Assembly (NCBI GenBank): GCA_964411555.1
Contig: CAYPLF010000005.1
Span: forward strand, 8,013 to 72,012
Direction: 5' to 3'
DNA from: an uncultured Bacteroidales bacterium
GTDB lineage: Bacteria > Bacteroidota > Bacteroidia > Bacteroidales > UBA1402
DNA: 64,000 nt
Shown: positions 20,356 to 30,416 of the stretch, in pieces
How the letters are laid out: each line of letters begins with the position of its first letter
Position numbering within the stretch: the first letter of the stretch is position 1
Notes under the pieces: generated by a model
Told to the model about the DNA's origin: nothing
Seen by the model: the letters and a program-made list of their open reading frames with translations, nothing else
The model's database searches: none
Position numbers and translations under genes: made by a program

Positions 20356-21699
20356 ATGAAATTCATTCAAACCTTAAAAAATATCTGGAAAATTGAGGAG
20401 TTACGCAGTCGGTTGCTGATCACAGTCGGTTTTGTGGCTGTCTATCGTTTTTGCTCCTTCATTGTTCTTCCTGGTATTGATACTGCGTCACTGACAGCTT
20501 TGCAAAGTCAGACCCGCGAAGGCATCATGTCCTTACTTGACATGTTTTCCGGTGGAGCCTTCTCAAATGCATCAATTGTAGCACTGGGTATCATGCCTTA
20601 CATTACCGCATCCATTGTGATGCAGTTATTGGGTATGGTATTTCCCTATTTCCAAAAGTTGCAACGCGAAGGAGAAAGCGGCCGCAGGAAAATGAACCAA
20701 TACACCCGTTACTTGACCATTGCCATCTTATTGCTTCAGGGTCCGGCCTATCTGGCCAACCTAAGTGTACAGATGGCTGCAGTAGGTTCAGGTTTACCGT
20801 ACGGTTTTTGGTTCAAGGCGTCTTCCGTGTTGATTCTTGCTGCCGGTAGCATGTTTACATTGTGGTTGGGAGAACGCATCACGGATAAAGGAGTAGGCAA
20901 CGGTATTTCGTTCATCATTTTGATCGGTATCATTGCCCGTTTGCCTCAATCGTTTGCGCAGGAATTTGTTTCACGCTGGTCAGCTGACTCTGCCGGTGGC
21001 TTGGTCATGTTGTTGGCTGAAATTCTTTTGCTGCTGGCGGTGACGGTATTTTCCATCCTCTTGGTACAAGGCACCAGAAAAGTGCCCGTACAATACGCCA
21101 AACGCATTGTCGGTAACAAACAATACGGCGGTGCCCGTCAGTATATACCCCTCAAGATCAATGCAGCCGGTGTTATGCCCATCATCTTTGCTCAGGCTTT
21201 GATGTTCATACCTGTTGCATTTGTCGGTTATTCAAACGCTGCATCAACCAGCAAGGCTGGTATGGCGTTGACAGACATGTACGGTTTTTGGTACAACCTG
21301 ATATTCGGATTACTGGTAGTTGCCTTTACCTATTTTTATACGGCCATTACCATCAATCCAACCAATATGGCTGAAGAAATGAAACGGAACAACGGGTTTA
21401 TTCCCGGAGTTAAGCCTGGAAAAAGAACGGCCGATTACATTGACTTGATCATGTCAAGAATCACGTTCCCGGGTTCCGTCTTTTTGGCTTTTATCGCTAT
21501 CATGCCTGTTTTTGCTCGCGTGATGGGTATTAACTCACAATTTGCTCAATTCTTTGGCGGTACGTCCTTGTTGATCTTGGTCGGTGTCGTTTTGGATACC
21601 CTGCAGCAAATTGAAAGTCACTTGTTGATGCGTCATTACGACGGATTGCTGAAGTCAGGCCGCATCAAAGGAAGATCGGGCAGTATTGCTGCTTATTAA
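20356..21699 (+). CDS. secY: Preprotein translocase subunit SecY
   Basis: ALGIMPYITASIVMQLL, GVGNGISFII, AGVMPIIFA, GGTSLLILVGV; about 10 TM segments. Confidence 0.99.
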   Translation: MKFIQTLKNIWKIEELRSRLLITVGFVAVYRFCSFIVLPGIDTASLTALQSQTREGIMSLLDMFSGGAFSNASIVALGIMPYITASIVMQLLGMVFPYFQKLQREGESGRRKMNQYTRYLTIAILLLQGPAYLANLSVQMAAVGSGLPYGFWFKASSVLILAAGSMFTLWLGERITDKGVGNGISFIILIGIIARLPQSFAQEFVSRWSADSAGGLVMLLAEILLLLAVTVFSILLVQGTRKVPVQYAKRIVGNKQYGGARQYIPLKINAAGVMPIIFAQALMFIPVAFVGYSNAASTSKAGMALTDMYGFWYNLIFGLLVVAFTYFYTAITINPTNMAEEMKRNNGFIPGVKPGKRTADYIDLIMSRITFPGSVFLAFIAIMPVFARVMGINSQFAQFFGGTSLLILVGVVLDTLQQIESHLLMRHYDGLLKSGRIKGRSGSIAAY

Positions 21700-21709
21700 T
21701 GAGTATTGA

Positions 21710-22498
21710 ATGATTTATTTAAAGACAGAGGATGAACTGAGCTTGCTCCGGGAAAGTGGTCAAATCGTCGCCAAAGCGTTGGGCGAAGTGGCCAAATACA
21801 TACAACCCGGTGTGACAACTAAATTTCTTGACAGTATTGGCGAAGAGACGATTCGTTCGTATGGAGCGACTCCTTCTTTTCTTCATTACAACGGTTTTCC
21901 TGCTTCACTCTGTATTTCCGTCAACGAGGTCGTGGTACATGGAATTCCTTCTGAAACCATTTTTCTGAAAGAAGGTGATATTGTTTCGGTTGACTGCGGC
22001 GCGTATAAAAACGGTTTCCATGGCGATTCAGCCTACACATTCAGAGTGGGCGATGTTAGTCCGGCAACTGTTGCACTCCTGAAAACAACCAAGGAGTCTT
22101 TATACGAGGGCATCAAACAAGCAGTTGAAGGAAAACGAATCGGAGACATCGGGAACGTGGTTCAGGACTATTGCCAACGACGCGGATACACGGTAGTACG
22201 TGAACTGGTTGGTCATGGCGTAGGAAAGAACTTGCACGAAGAGCCGGATGTGCCCAATGTAGGAAAAAGAGGAAGTGGGGTCCAGATGAGAAACGGTATG
22301 GTGATAGCCATCGAACCGATGATCAATATGGGAACCAGAAATGTGGTTATCGAACGGGACGGTTGGACAGTCCGTACCATGGACAGGAAACCATCAGCTC
22401 ACTTCGAACACACTGTGGCTGTCTGCAAAGGACGCGATGCTGAAGTATTAACATCCTTTGATTACATACAGGATGTTTTAGGCGACAGGTTTATCTAA
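21710..22498 (+). CDS. map: Type I methionine aminopeptidase
   Basis: CISVNEVVVHGIP, GDIVSVD, GFHGDSA, GHGVG..LHEEP, AIEPM, SAHFEHT. Confidence 0.97.
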   Translation: MIYLKTEDELSLLRESGQIVAKALGEVAKYIQPGVTTKFLDSIGEETIRSYGATPSFLHYNGFPASLCISVNEVVVHGIPSETIFLKEGDIVSVDCGAYKNGFHGDSAYTFRVGDVSPATVALLKTTKESLYEGIKQAVEGKRIGDIGNVVQDYCQRRGYTVVRELVGHGVGKNLHEEPDVPNVGKRGSGVQMRNGMVIAIEPMINMGTRNVVIERDGWTVRTMDRKPSAHFEHTVAVCKGRDAEVLTSFDYIQDVLGDRFI

Positions 22499-22516
22499 CA
22501 GTAATTGAATCACAAT

Positions 22517-22735
22517 ATGGCTAAACAAACGGCGATAGAACAAGATGGTGTGATTGTGGAAGCTCTTTCCAATGCGATGTTCCGAGTAGAACTCGAAAAT
22601 GGACATGAGATTACCGCGCACATTTCCGGAAAGATGCGCATGCATTACATAAAAATACTACCTGGTGACAAGGTACGTGTGGAGATGTCTCCCTATGATT
22701 TGTCAAAAGGACGTATATCATTCAGATACAAATAA
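22517..22735 (+). CDS. infA: Translation initiation factor IF-1
   Basis: Start reassigned to ATG 22517; [30 protein letters not shown]. Confidence 0.99.
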   Translation: MAKQTAIEQDGVIVEALSNAMFRVELENGHEITAHISGKMRMHYIKILPGDKVRVEMSPYDLSKGRISFRYK

Positions 22736-22746
22736 ATACTAAAGAT

Positions 22747-22863
22747 ATGAAAGTAAGAGCTTCTTTGAAAAAACGCACGGCAGACTGCAAGTTGGTTCGT
22801 CGTAAAGGCGTTTTGTTTGTGATTAACAAAAAGAATCCTAAGTTCAAGCAACGTCAGGGATAA
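22747..22863 (+). CDS. rpmJ: 50S ribosomal protein L36 (38 aa; not in ORF track)
   Basis: Hand translation [38 protein letters not shown]. Confidence 0.97.
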   Translation: MKVRASLKKRTADCKLVRRKGVLFVINKKNPKFKQRQG

Positions 22864-22889
22864 GTAAAATTAGATAAAATAAGTAAAGT

Positions 22890-23270
22890 ATGGCTATAAG
22901 AATCGTAGGTGTAGATTTGCCACAAAACAAAAGAGGCGAGATTGCCCTGACCTATATCTATGGGATTGGTCGCAGTCGTGCCCAACAGATCTTGGAAAAA
23001 ACCGGTGTTGACAAAGACATCAAGGTAAAGGATTGGACGGACGAACAAGCCGGTAGTATCCGTGAATACATTGGTGAGAGCTTCAAAGTTGAAGGAGATT
23101 TGCGTTCAGAAGTTCAATTGAACATCAAACGTCTCATGGATATCGGTTGCTATCGTGGCATCCGTCACCGTATCGGGCTTCCGTTGAGAGGTCAAAGCAC
23201 CAAGAACAACGCTCGTACACGCAAAGGCAAGAAAAAGACCGTTGCCAACAAGAAGAAGGCTACCAAATAA
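22890..23270 (+). CDS. rpsM: 30S ribosomal protein S13
   Basis: [42 protein letters not shown]. Confidence 0.99.
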   Translation: MAIRIVGVDLPQNKRGEIALTYIYGIGRSRAQQILEKTGVDKDIKVKDWTDEQAGSIREYIGESFKVEGDLRSEVQLNIKRLMDIGCYRGIRHRIGLPLRGQSTKNNARTRKGKKKTVANKKKATK

Positions 23271-23313
23271 TTGGTTGTTCTTGATCACACAAGCTATTTA
23301 ATTCAGAACTGAT

Positions 23314-23703
23314 ATGGCAAAGAAGACAGTCGCAGCTAAAAAAAGAAACGTAAAAGTTGATGCAATCGGACAAGCGCACATCCATTCATCTTTCAACAAC
23401 ATCATTGTATCCCTTTCAAATGGTGACGGACAGATCATCTCATGGTCGTCTGCCGGCAAGATGGGATTCAGAGGTTCAAAGAAGAATACTCCTTATGCAG
23501 CCCAAATGGCAGCACAGGATTGTGCAAAAGTCGCATTCGATCTTGGCTTGAGAAAGGTCAAGGCGTATGTAAAAGGACCCGGAAACGGTCGTGAGTCGGC
23601 AGTACGTACCATTCATGGTGCAGGTATCGAGGTAATGGAAATTGTCGATGTGACACCCATTCCTCACAATGGATGCCGTCCTCCGAAAAGAAGAAGGGTA
23701 TAA
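23314..23703 (+). CDS. rpsK: 30S ribosomal protein S11
   Basis: [41 protein letters not shown]. Confidence 0.99.
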   Translation: MAKKTVAAKKRNVKVDAIGQAHIHSSFNNIIVSLSNGDGQIISWSSAGKMGFRGSKKNTPYAAQMAAQDCAKVAFDLGLRKVKAYVKGPGNGRESAVRTIHGAGIEVMEIVDVTPIPHNGCRPPKRRRV

Positions 23704-23704
23704 T

Positions 23705-23832
23705 TGATTTTTCCGTATTGAAGACAATCCAGTCGGCGATACGGAATCATTCATGTAATAAACAAAAGTATTAATTACTGAAAGCGGAGTACGTGTTTTG
23801 ATTGCACACAGTCAGGCGACTGCACAACTCCG
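23705..23832 (+). promoter_or_regulatory. Candidate structured ribosomal leader upstream of rpsD
   Basis: TTCCGTAT(23711-18)/ATACGGAA(23739-46), CGGAGT(23785-90)/ACTCCG(23827-32), CAGTC/GACTG stems in a 152 nt intergenic gap. Confidence 0.5.
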
Positions 23833-23855
23833 ACATCAGATTTTTCAAAACAAAA

Positions 23856-24461
23856 ATGGCTAGATATACTGGACCAAAAACGAAAATCGCCCGTAAGTTT
23901 GGTGAACCCATCTTCGGCCCCGACAAAGTATTAAGCAAGAAAAACTATCCTCCGGGCATCCACGGCAACAACCGTAGAAAGAAAACGTCCGAGTATGGTA
24001 TTCAGTTGCGCGAAAAGCAGAAAGCCAAGTACACCTACGGCGTTCTGGAAGCTCAATTCCGCAACCTGTTTGAACTAGCATCCCGCACCAAAGGTGTCAA
24101 GGGTGAAGTATTGTTGCAGTTGCTCGAATCAAGATTGGACAATGTTGTGTTCAGACTTGGATTCGCACCTACCCGCAGTGCAGCTCGTCAATTGGTTTCA
24201 CACAGGCACATCACAGTTGATGGTAAAGTTGTGAACATACCTTCCTATTTGCTCAAACCCGGCCAGATTGTTGGCGTACGCGAAAAAGCAAAATCCATGG
24301 AAGTTATCAACAATTCACTGTCCGGATTCAATCACAGCAAATATCCTTGGTTAGAATTTGATCAGTCCACAAAAGCCGGAAAGTTCTTACACATGCCTGA
24401 AAGAGCAGATATTCCCGAAAATATCAAAGAACAACTGATCGTAGAATTGTACTCTAAATAA
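23856..24461 (+). CDS. rpsD: 30S ribosomal protein S4
   Basis: Start reassigned to ATG 23856; [35 protein letters not shown]. Confidence 0.99.
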   Translation: MARYTGPKTKIARKFGEPIFGPDKVLSKKNYPPGIHGNNRRKKTSEYGIQLREKQKAKYTYGVLEAQFRNLFELASRTKGVKGEVLLQLLESRLDNVVFRLGFAPTRSAARQLVSHRHITVDGKVVNIPSYLLKPGQIVGVREKAKSMEVINNSLSGFNHSKYPWLEFDQSTKAGKFLHMPERADIPENIKEQLIVELYSK

Positions 24462-24471
24462 TCCTGATTCA

Positions 24472-25464
24472 ATGGCAATATTAGCATTTCAAAAACCCGA
24501 AAAGGTAATCATGCTTGACGCGGACAACAAATTCGGTAGATTCGAGTTTCGTCCCTTGGAGCCTGGTTTTGGCATTACTATTGGAAATGCCTTGCGCCGC
24601 ATCCTTCTTTCTTCACTGGAAGGATTTGCCATCACCTCGGTACGCATTGATGGTGTAGAACACGAGTTTTCAACCATTCCCGGTGTACTGGAAGATGTGA
24701 CAAACATTATCTTGAATCTGAAACAAGTACGTTTCAAACAACTTGTAGAAGAATACGAGTCAGAAAAGGTGGTGGTATCTGTTTCAGGCGCATCTGAATT
24801 GACCGCAGGTGACATCAGCAAGTTGTTTACCAGCTTCGAAGTATTGAACCCTGAGTTGGTTATTTGCCACATGGATCCCACAGCCGCTTTCCAATTGGAA
24901 ATCACGGTGAACAAAGGTAGAGGATATGTACCTGCCGATGAACAGAACAACACATCAGCCGAACTGAATGTCATTCCCGTTGATGCCATCTATACACCCA
25001 TCAAGAATGTCAAGTACGTCATTGAAAACTTCCGCGTGGAGCAAAAAACGGACTATGAAAAATTGGTGCTGGAAATTCAGACAGATGGATCGATTCACCC
25101 AAAGGATGCGTTAAAAGAAGCTGCAAAGATTCTGATTCACCACTTCATGTTGTTCAGCGACGAAAAAATCACGTTGGATACAACAGAGGTAGATGGAAGC
25201 GAAGAATTTGATGAAGAAATTCTTCACATGCGTCAACTTCTCAAATCAAAATTGGTCGATATGGATCTTTCCGTCCGTGCATTGAATTGCTTGAAAGCAG
25301 CCGATGTTGAAACGCTGGGCGAATTGGTTGTCTTTAACAAGACCGACTTATTGAAGTTCCGCAACTTCGGTAAAAAATCCTTGACAGAATTGGAAGATCT
25401 GCTCGAAAGCCTGAACCTATCTTTCGGCATGGATATTGCCAAGTTTAAATTAGATAAAGAATAA
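24472..25464 (+). CDS. rpoA: DNA-directed RNA polymerase subunit alpha
   Basis: [51 protein letters not shown]. Confidence 0.99.
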   Translation: MAILAFQKPEKVIMLDADNKFGRFEFRPLEPGFGITIGNALRRILLSSLEGFAITSVRIDGVEHEFSTIPGVLEDVTNIILNLKQVRFKQLVEEYESEKVVVSVSGASELTAGDISKLFTSFEVLNPELVICHMDPTAAFQLEITVNKGRGYVPADEQNNTSAELNVIPVDAIYTPIKNVKYVIENFRVEQKTDYEKLVLEIQTDGSIHPKDALKEAAKILIHHFMLFSDEKITLDTTEVDGSEEFDEEILHMRQLLKSKLVDMDLSVRALNCLKAADVETLGELVVFNKTDLLKFRNFGKKSLTELEDLLESLNLSFGMDIAKFKLDKE

Positions 25465-25468
25465 AACG

Positions 25469-26032
25469 ATGAGACACAATAAAAAATTCAATCATTTAGG
25501 ACGTCAAGCAGCTCACCGTTCTGCCATGCTGTCAAACATGTCGGCTTCGCTGATCATGCACAAGCGAATCGTCACGACCACAGCTAAGGCAAAAGCGCTT
25601 AAGATGGTGGTTGAACCCATTATTACCAAATCAAAAGTTGATTCAACAGCCAATAGGAGAGATGTTTTCGCAGAACTCCAAAACAAAGAAGCCGTTACGG
25701 AACTGTTCAAGATAGTTGCTCCCAAGGTAGGCGACCGTCCGGGTGGATATACCCGCATCATTAAAACGGGTTTCCGTCAAGGTGACAACGCTCAAATGTG
25801 CTTTATTGAATTGGTTGACTTCAACGAGAATATGCTCAAGGCTAAGGTTGAAAAGAAAACCCGCACCCGTCGTGCCGGTGGTACCAAGAAAAAAGCTGAA
25901 GCCGTTGCAGCTGAGCCCGTTGTAGCAGAGGCAGCTCCTATAGCTGAACCTGTTGTAGCAGAGTTGGCTCCTGCAGTTGAACCCGTGGTTGAAGCTCCGG
26001 CCGAAACACCTGCTGAAGAAAAGGCAGAGTAA
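25469..26032 (+). CDS. rplQ: 50S ribosomal protein L17 with Ala/Glu/Pro/Val-rich C-terminal tail
   Basis: [29 protein letters not shown]; low-complexity tail. Confidence 0.98.
   Translation: MRHNKKFNHLGRQAAHRSAMLSNMSASLIMHKRIVTTTAKAKALKMVVEPIITKSKVDSTANRRDVFAELQNKEAVTELFKIVAPKVGDRPGGYTRIIKTGFRQGDNAQMCFIELVDFNENMLKAKVEKKTRTRRAGGTKKKAEAVAAEPVVAEAAPIAEPVVAELAPAVEPVVEAPAETPAEEKAE
25910..26005 (+). repeat. Three imperfect 33-nt tandem units encoding (A/V)EPVVAE.AP. in the L17 tail
   Basis: Units start at 25910, 25943, 25976 (GCTGAGCCCGTTGTAGCAGAG / GCTGAACCTGTTGTAGCAGAG / GTTGAACCCGTGGTT). Confidence 0.75.
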
Positions 26033-26051
26033 AGAGCAAGCAATAACACAT

Positions 26052-26099
26052 AAGGACCGTTCCATTTGCAGGATAATGCATGGGATGGTCCTTTTTTTT
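26052..26099 (+). terminator. Intrinsic terminator closing the alpha operon
   Basis: AAGGACCGTTCCAT...ATGGGATGGTCCTT stem followed by a T-run. Confidence 0.85.
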
Positions 26100-26109
26100 C
26101 ACCAGTAAA

Positions 26110-27102
26110 ATGCCAAGAAACATGTTCAAATCAATGTTTGAATCCTATAAAAGGATATCTTTCAGGCATAAGAATCCAAAATTTCTCTATTATTTGGGCA
26201 ATTACATAGCCCTATTCATACCTGCCTGTTTTTATCAGGTAAAGCTAAAGAATGAATTAAATGTGCGTAAAGGCATTGATTTGGATAGCGTACGTCAACG
26301 AGTTGATTATTACAACAAACTATACGGCGAAGCCAAACCTTTGACGGATGCAATCAAACTGTCACAGCTTAAGCTTGGAAAAAAGCAGAAAGTGTATTTT
26401 TTTGATACTCGCGTTATTACTCGTTATTTTAACCAAGGTTTATTCATGAATGTCTGCTTTGGCGATGTAATCCATATTCCTGACCGGCCCTCCATCGTAA
26501 AAAGCCGTCCAATCCAGGGGGATAATCAAAATTCAGTGGTTTTAAAGCTTGAAAAAATCAGACATTTCTTGTTTTTGAAGGACAAACACTCCTTTCATGA
26601 AAAAACAAACAAACTGATAGGACGTGGGAAAATCAATCAGCCACACAGGGCGCGTTTTATGGAAATGTATTTTAATCACCCCTTATGCGATGTTGGCGGT
26701 GTGTCAACCCGAGCCAAATACCCTCAGTGGATACGACCACGAATAACGTTGGAAGAACATCTGAAATACAAATTCATACTCTGCCTGGAAGGAAACGATG
26801 TGGCCAGCAACCTAAAGTGGGTCATGTCCTCCAATTCGCTGGCAGTCATGCCTGTACCCACCTACGAGACTTGGTTTATGGAAGGAACACTGATTCCGGA
26901 TTACCACTATGTGGCTATAAAAAGTGACTATTCAGATTTGGAGGAGAAGCTTCGATACTACATCGAACATGAAGACGAGGCCTTGGCCATTATTGAACAG
27001 GCACACCAATACGTTGCCCAATTCAAGAACAGACGACAGGAAAAACTGATTTCCTTGTTGGTGATGAAGAAGTACTTCGAACAAACTGGGCAAAAAATCT
27101 GA
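26110..27102 (+). CDS. Glycosyltransferase family 90 (CAP10-domain, LpsA-like) protein
   Basis: YKFILCLEGNDVASNLKWVMSSNS...P.YETWFMEGTL.PDYHYV...DYSDLEEKL; start uncertain (26110/26122/26134). Confidence 0.8.
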   Translation: MPRNMFKSMFESYKRISFRHKNPKFLYYLGNYIALFIPACFYQVKLKNELNVRKGIDLDSVRQRVDYYNKLYGEAKPLTDAIKLSQLKLGKKQKVYFFDTRVITRYFNQGLFMNVCFGDVIHIPDRPSIVKSRPIQGDNQNSVVLKLEKIRHFLFLKDKHSFHEKTNKLIGRGKINQPHRARFMEMYFNHPLCDVGGVSTRAKYPQWIRPRITLEEHLKYKFILCLEGNDVASNLKWVMSSNSLAVMPVPTYETWFMEGTLIPDYHYVAIKSDYSDLEEKLRYYIEHEDEALAIIEQAHQYVAQFKNRRQEKLISLLVMKKYFEQTGQKI

Positions 27103-27129
27103 ATGCAGTGCGCACTCAGGAATGTGCAA

Positions 27130-28011
27130 TCAATTCTTTAGGGTAAAACCGGCAGTGCCAATCATGTAACCATCGGCGAAGATTTCCACCTTGTAGTTTC
27201 CGGGGTGTAAATACTCTTCGACGTCCCAATAAATGGTGACCGAGGTGTCTTCCCCCTCGTATTCAATGGGTCGACGGGCAGAGTAATTGATGTACCTGTT
27301 TTCAAACAGGAACACATTGTCGTTCTTTTTTACCAAAGGAGATTCATCCGGTTGAATGATACGCAGGTAAATGTATTTTTCACCCGTGGGTGCTGAAATG
27401 TTTTTGCTGATGATGAACGTAAACTTGAGTTGAGCAATCTTGTTCAAACGTGTGGCTTTTTTCCCCTTGTTGGTCAGGTTTTCAACAGCGATGTTTCTTG
27501 CTTGCAAAATAGAAGCCAGGGTTACTTTTTCCGTCAACACTTTCTTTTCTTCAGAAAGAGTGAGGACTTGTTCTCTTTCCTGGTGGTAACGTTGGGTGAC
27601 AACCTGGTTTTCTTCACGCAACTGGGTGTTGATTTGACTGAGCGAGTCGATTTGAGCCACATAGGTTTTAATGATACCCCTTAATGTCTCAAGCTCTTTT
27701 CTTAGTTCAGAGATACGTCTGGCATTCGTGGCCTTTGTTGTTCTAAGCTCTTCCAGTAACCGTTGGACCTTATAGCGTTCGTTGTCCAGCAAAGTGGCCA
27801 GTGAATCATTGCCAATCCGTAAGCCGTATCCTTCATATTGCAATGCCAATTGGGAGTATTCGTCGGTCAATGCTTCTTTTTGCAATTCAAATTCCTGTGT
27901 CATCTCACGAATGACCACATCTTTATTTCGAAGACTTAGGGCCAGATAGACGGAACCTCCTACAAGCAATACGACTAGAATGATCAGTATGATGGTTGTT
28001 TTTTTCTTCAT
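27130..28011 (-). CDS. Conserved hypothetical protein: N-terminal membrane anchor, long coiled coil, C-terminal beta-rich domain
   Basis: MKKKTTIILIILVVLLVGGSVYL anchor, heptad-rich middle, C-terminal GNYKVEIFADGYMIG; start reassigned to ATG 28011. Confidence 0.7.
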   Translation of the reverse strand: MKKKTTIILIILVVLLVGGSVYLALSLRNKDVVIREMTQEFELQKEALTDEYSQLALQYEGYGLRIGNDSLATLLDNERYKVQRLLEELRTTKATNARRISELRKELETLRGIIKTYVAQIDSLSQINTQLREENQVVTQRYHQEREQVLTLSEEKKVLTEKVTLASILQARNIAVENLTNKGKKATRLNKIAQLKFTFIISKNISAPTGEKYIYLRIIQPDESPLVKKNDNVFLFENRYINYSARRPIEYEGEDTSVTIYWDVEEYLHPGNYKVEIFADGYMIGTAGFTLKN

Positions 28012-28130
28012 GACGCAAAAATACAAATTTCCTCACGCTGTATCAACTGAATCAAGGGTGACAACCCTCAATAATCGTCAATTTTTATTAAAATCAATTA
28101 CGGAAAATTTTCGTCAATAAAAAGATTGAG

Positions 28131-28138
28131 TACCTTTG
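28131..28138 (+). promoter_or_regulatory. -7 promoter box of mdh
   Basis: TACCTTTG, 56 nt upstream of the start codon. Confidence 0.55.
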
Positions 28139-28194
28139 TATCGCTTAAAAAGGTTTATCAATTGGATTAGGTATCACATTAACAAAGATAAGAA

Positions 28195-29139
28195 ATGTCA
28201 AAAGTAACAGTTGTGGGTGCAGGTAACGTAGGGGCTACTTGTGCCAATGTAATGGCAATGAATGAAGTTGCCAATGAGATCGTTTTATTGGACATCAAGG
28301 AAGGTATTTCCGAGGGGAAGGCCATTGACATGATGCAAACCGTTACACTCTTGGATATTGATACCAAGGTTATAGGTTGCACAAACGATTATGCCCATAC
28401 AGCCAATTCAGACGTTGTTGTCATCACATCAGGTCTGCCCCGCAAACCTGGTATGACCCGTGAAGAACTCATCGGTGTCAATGCAGGCATTGTCAAAACA
28501 GTGGCGGACAACATACTGGCTCACTCACCCAACGCAATCATCATCATCATCAGTAATCCGATGGATACGATGACCTATTTGACATTAAAAGCCACCGGTC
28601 TTCCCAAAAACCGTGTAATCGGTATGGGTGGTACACTGGACAGTTCCCGTTTCCGTTACTACCTGAGCACCGCCCTGGGAGCCAACGCCCGTGAAGTGGA
28701 CGGTATCGTAATTGGTGGCCACGGTGATACTACCATGATTCCTTTGAAGCGTTTTGCCAATCTGAAGGGTGTTCCTGTCTCAACCTTGTTGGATGCAGAA
28801 ACCTTGGACAAAGTTGTAGCCGACACCATGGTGGGCGGTGCCACATTGACCGGTTTGCTTGGTACATCAGCCTGGTATGCTCCGGGTGCTGCAGGAGCTT
28901 ATTTGGTAGAGTCCATTTTGCGTGACCAGAAAAAAGTGATTCCATGCTGTGTCCTGTTAGAAGGCGAATATGGTCAAAAGGATATTTGCATCGGTGTGCC
29001 TGTTGTTATCGGCAAGAACGGTGTTGAATCCATCATCGACTATAAATTGAACGATGAGGAAAAAGCCTTGTTCGAAAAGAGCGCCACCGCCGTTCGAAAC
29101 ATGAACAACGTGTTGAAAGAACTGGGCGTATTGGCATAA
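28195..29139 (+). CDS. mdh: Malate dehydrogenase (LDH-like)
   Basis: VVGAGNVG, GLPRKPGMTREEL (Arg specificity residue), SNPMD, GGHGD. Confidence 0.95.
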   Translation: MSKVTVVGAGNVGATCANVMAMNEVANEIVLLDIKEGISEGKAIDMMQTVTLLDIDTKVIGCTNDYAHTANSDVVVITSGLPRKPGMTREELIGVNAGIVKTVADNILAHSPNAIIIIISNPMDTMTYLTLKATGLPKNRVIGMGGTLDSSRFRYYLSTALGANAREVDGIVIGGHGDTTMIPLKRFANLKGVPVSTLLDAETLDKVVADTMVGGATLTGLLGTSAWYAPGAAGAYLVESILRDQKKVIPCCVLLEGEYGQKDICIGVPVVIGKNGVESIIDYKLNDEEKALFEKSATAVRNMNNVLKELGVLA

Positions 29140-29158
29140 TCAGCTAAGACAATAATCA

Positions 29159-29193
29159 GGGTGCTTTAGCCAAAAGGTTGAAGCACCTTTTTT
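29159..29193 (+). terminator. Intrinsic terminator after mdh
   Basis: GGTGCTTTAGCC-AAAA-GGTTGAAGCACC followed by T6. Confidence 0.8.
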
Positions 29194-29275
29194 ATTGGAA
29201 AAGCCTCGAACATAAGTAAGCCATACGCTTGATCGATTAAAAAAGTGTATTTTTGCTTTACAATCCAGACACAGT

Positions 29276-29797
29276 ATGCAGCGAAATCTGTTTATCATAA
29301 GCTTGCTTTTTGTTTCTTCCACATTGCTGGCCCAAGTATCAGAGACCTCCATCGGGGATTTACCGGATACGGTGGACTCAACTGCTGTAACCTTACCTTC
29401 CATCGTTGATCGCATAAACACCATTGAACCGGGGAAGGGCAGGGTACGGGTCATACAGGACAAGCTTGTTGATGACCGTATCGGGCGTCCCAAAAAAAAG
29501 ACAACAACCCTTCGTGATGAGTACATTGAAATGAGTGGTTGGAGGGTTCAGGTATTTGCGGGCAACAATCAACGTAATTCAAAAGAAGAGGCGTTTCAGA
29601 AAGAAACCGAGATAAAATTATCATTTCCTGAACTGCCCACCTATGTTCAATACACCGCACCTTTTTGGAGGTTACGGGTAGGGGACTTCAGAACCTACAA
29701 GGATGCCAGTGATGTGCTGGCTACACTTAAAAGGTCTTTTCCGTCATTTGGACGGGAAATGTCCATCATCAAGGAAACCATCTTAGTTAAGAAATAA
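29276..29797 (+). CDS. SPOR domain-containing periplasmic protein
   Basis: Signal peptide; C-terminal GWRVQVFAG...[17 protein letters not shown]. Confidence 0.85.
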   Translation: MQRNLFIISLLFVSSTLLAQVSETSIGDLPDTVDSTAVTLPSIVDRINTIEPGKGRVRVIQDKLVDDRIGRPKKKTTTLRDEYIEMSGWRVQVFAGNNQRNSKEEAFQKETEIKLSFPELPTYVQYTAPFWRLRVGDFRTYKDASDVLATLKRSFPSFGREMSIIKETILVKK

Positions 29798-29804
29798 AGG
29801 AGAC

Positions 29805-30398
29805 ATGGTAGATAAGCGTGTAGTCCTCGCAACGGAATCAAATCCCGTTCAGGAAGAATTGGCCCAGCACTATAAGGAAATTTTACGCCTGTTGGGTGAG
29901 GACCCTGACAGGGAAGGTTTGCTGAAAACGCCCAAGCGGGTGGCAAAAGCCATGCAATTCCTGACATACGGGTATGAACTCGATCCGGCAGAAATTCTTC
30001 GCTCCGCCATGTTCAAGGAAGAATACCGGCAAATGGTCATTGTCAAGGATATTGACTTCTACTCCATGTGTGAACATCATATGCTACCGTTTTATGGCAA
30101 GGCTCATGTAGCCTATATCCCCAACAACTACATCACCGGTCTGAGCAAGATAGCACGTGTGGTGGATATTTTTGCTCGCCGCCTTCAGATTCAAGAACGC
30201 ATGACCACCCAGATCAAGGACTGTATTCAGGAAACGCTGAATCCGCTTGGTGTCATGGTGGTCATTGAAGCACAGCACCTGTGCATGCAGATGCGTGGTG
30301 TGGAAAAACAAAATTCCATCACCACCACTTCCGATTTTACCGGTGTGTTCCAGCAGGCCAAAACGCGCGAAGAGTTTATCAACCTGATTCGTAAGTAA
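29805..30398 (+). CDS. folE: GTP cyclohydrolase I
   Basis: [45 protein letters not shown]. Confidence 0.98.
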   Translation: MVDKRVVLATESNPVQEELAQHYKEILRLLGEDPDREGLLKTPKRVAKAMQFLTYGYELDPAEILRSAMFKEEYRQMVIVKDIDFYSMCEHHMLPFYGKAHVAYIPNNYITGLSKIARVVDIFARRLQIQERMTTQIKDCIQETLNPLGVMVVIEAQHLCMQMRGVEKQNSITTTSDFTGVFQQAKTREEFINLIRK

Positions 30399-30416
30399 TC
30401 TGTTGGATAGTAGGAA

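Noticed and set aside
17466-22863. Zinc-ribbon-less S14 and L36, adk absent and map present after secY
   Set aside because: Standard features of the Bacteroidia spc/alpha region
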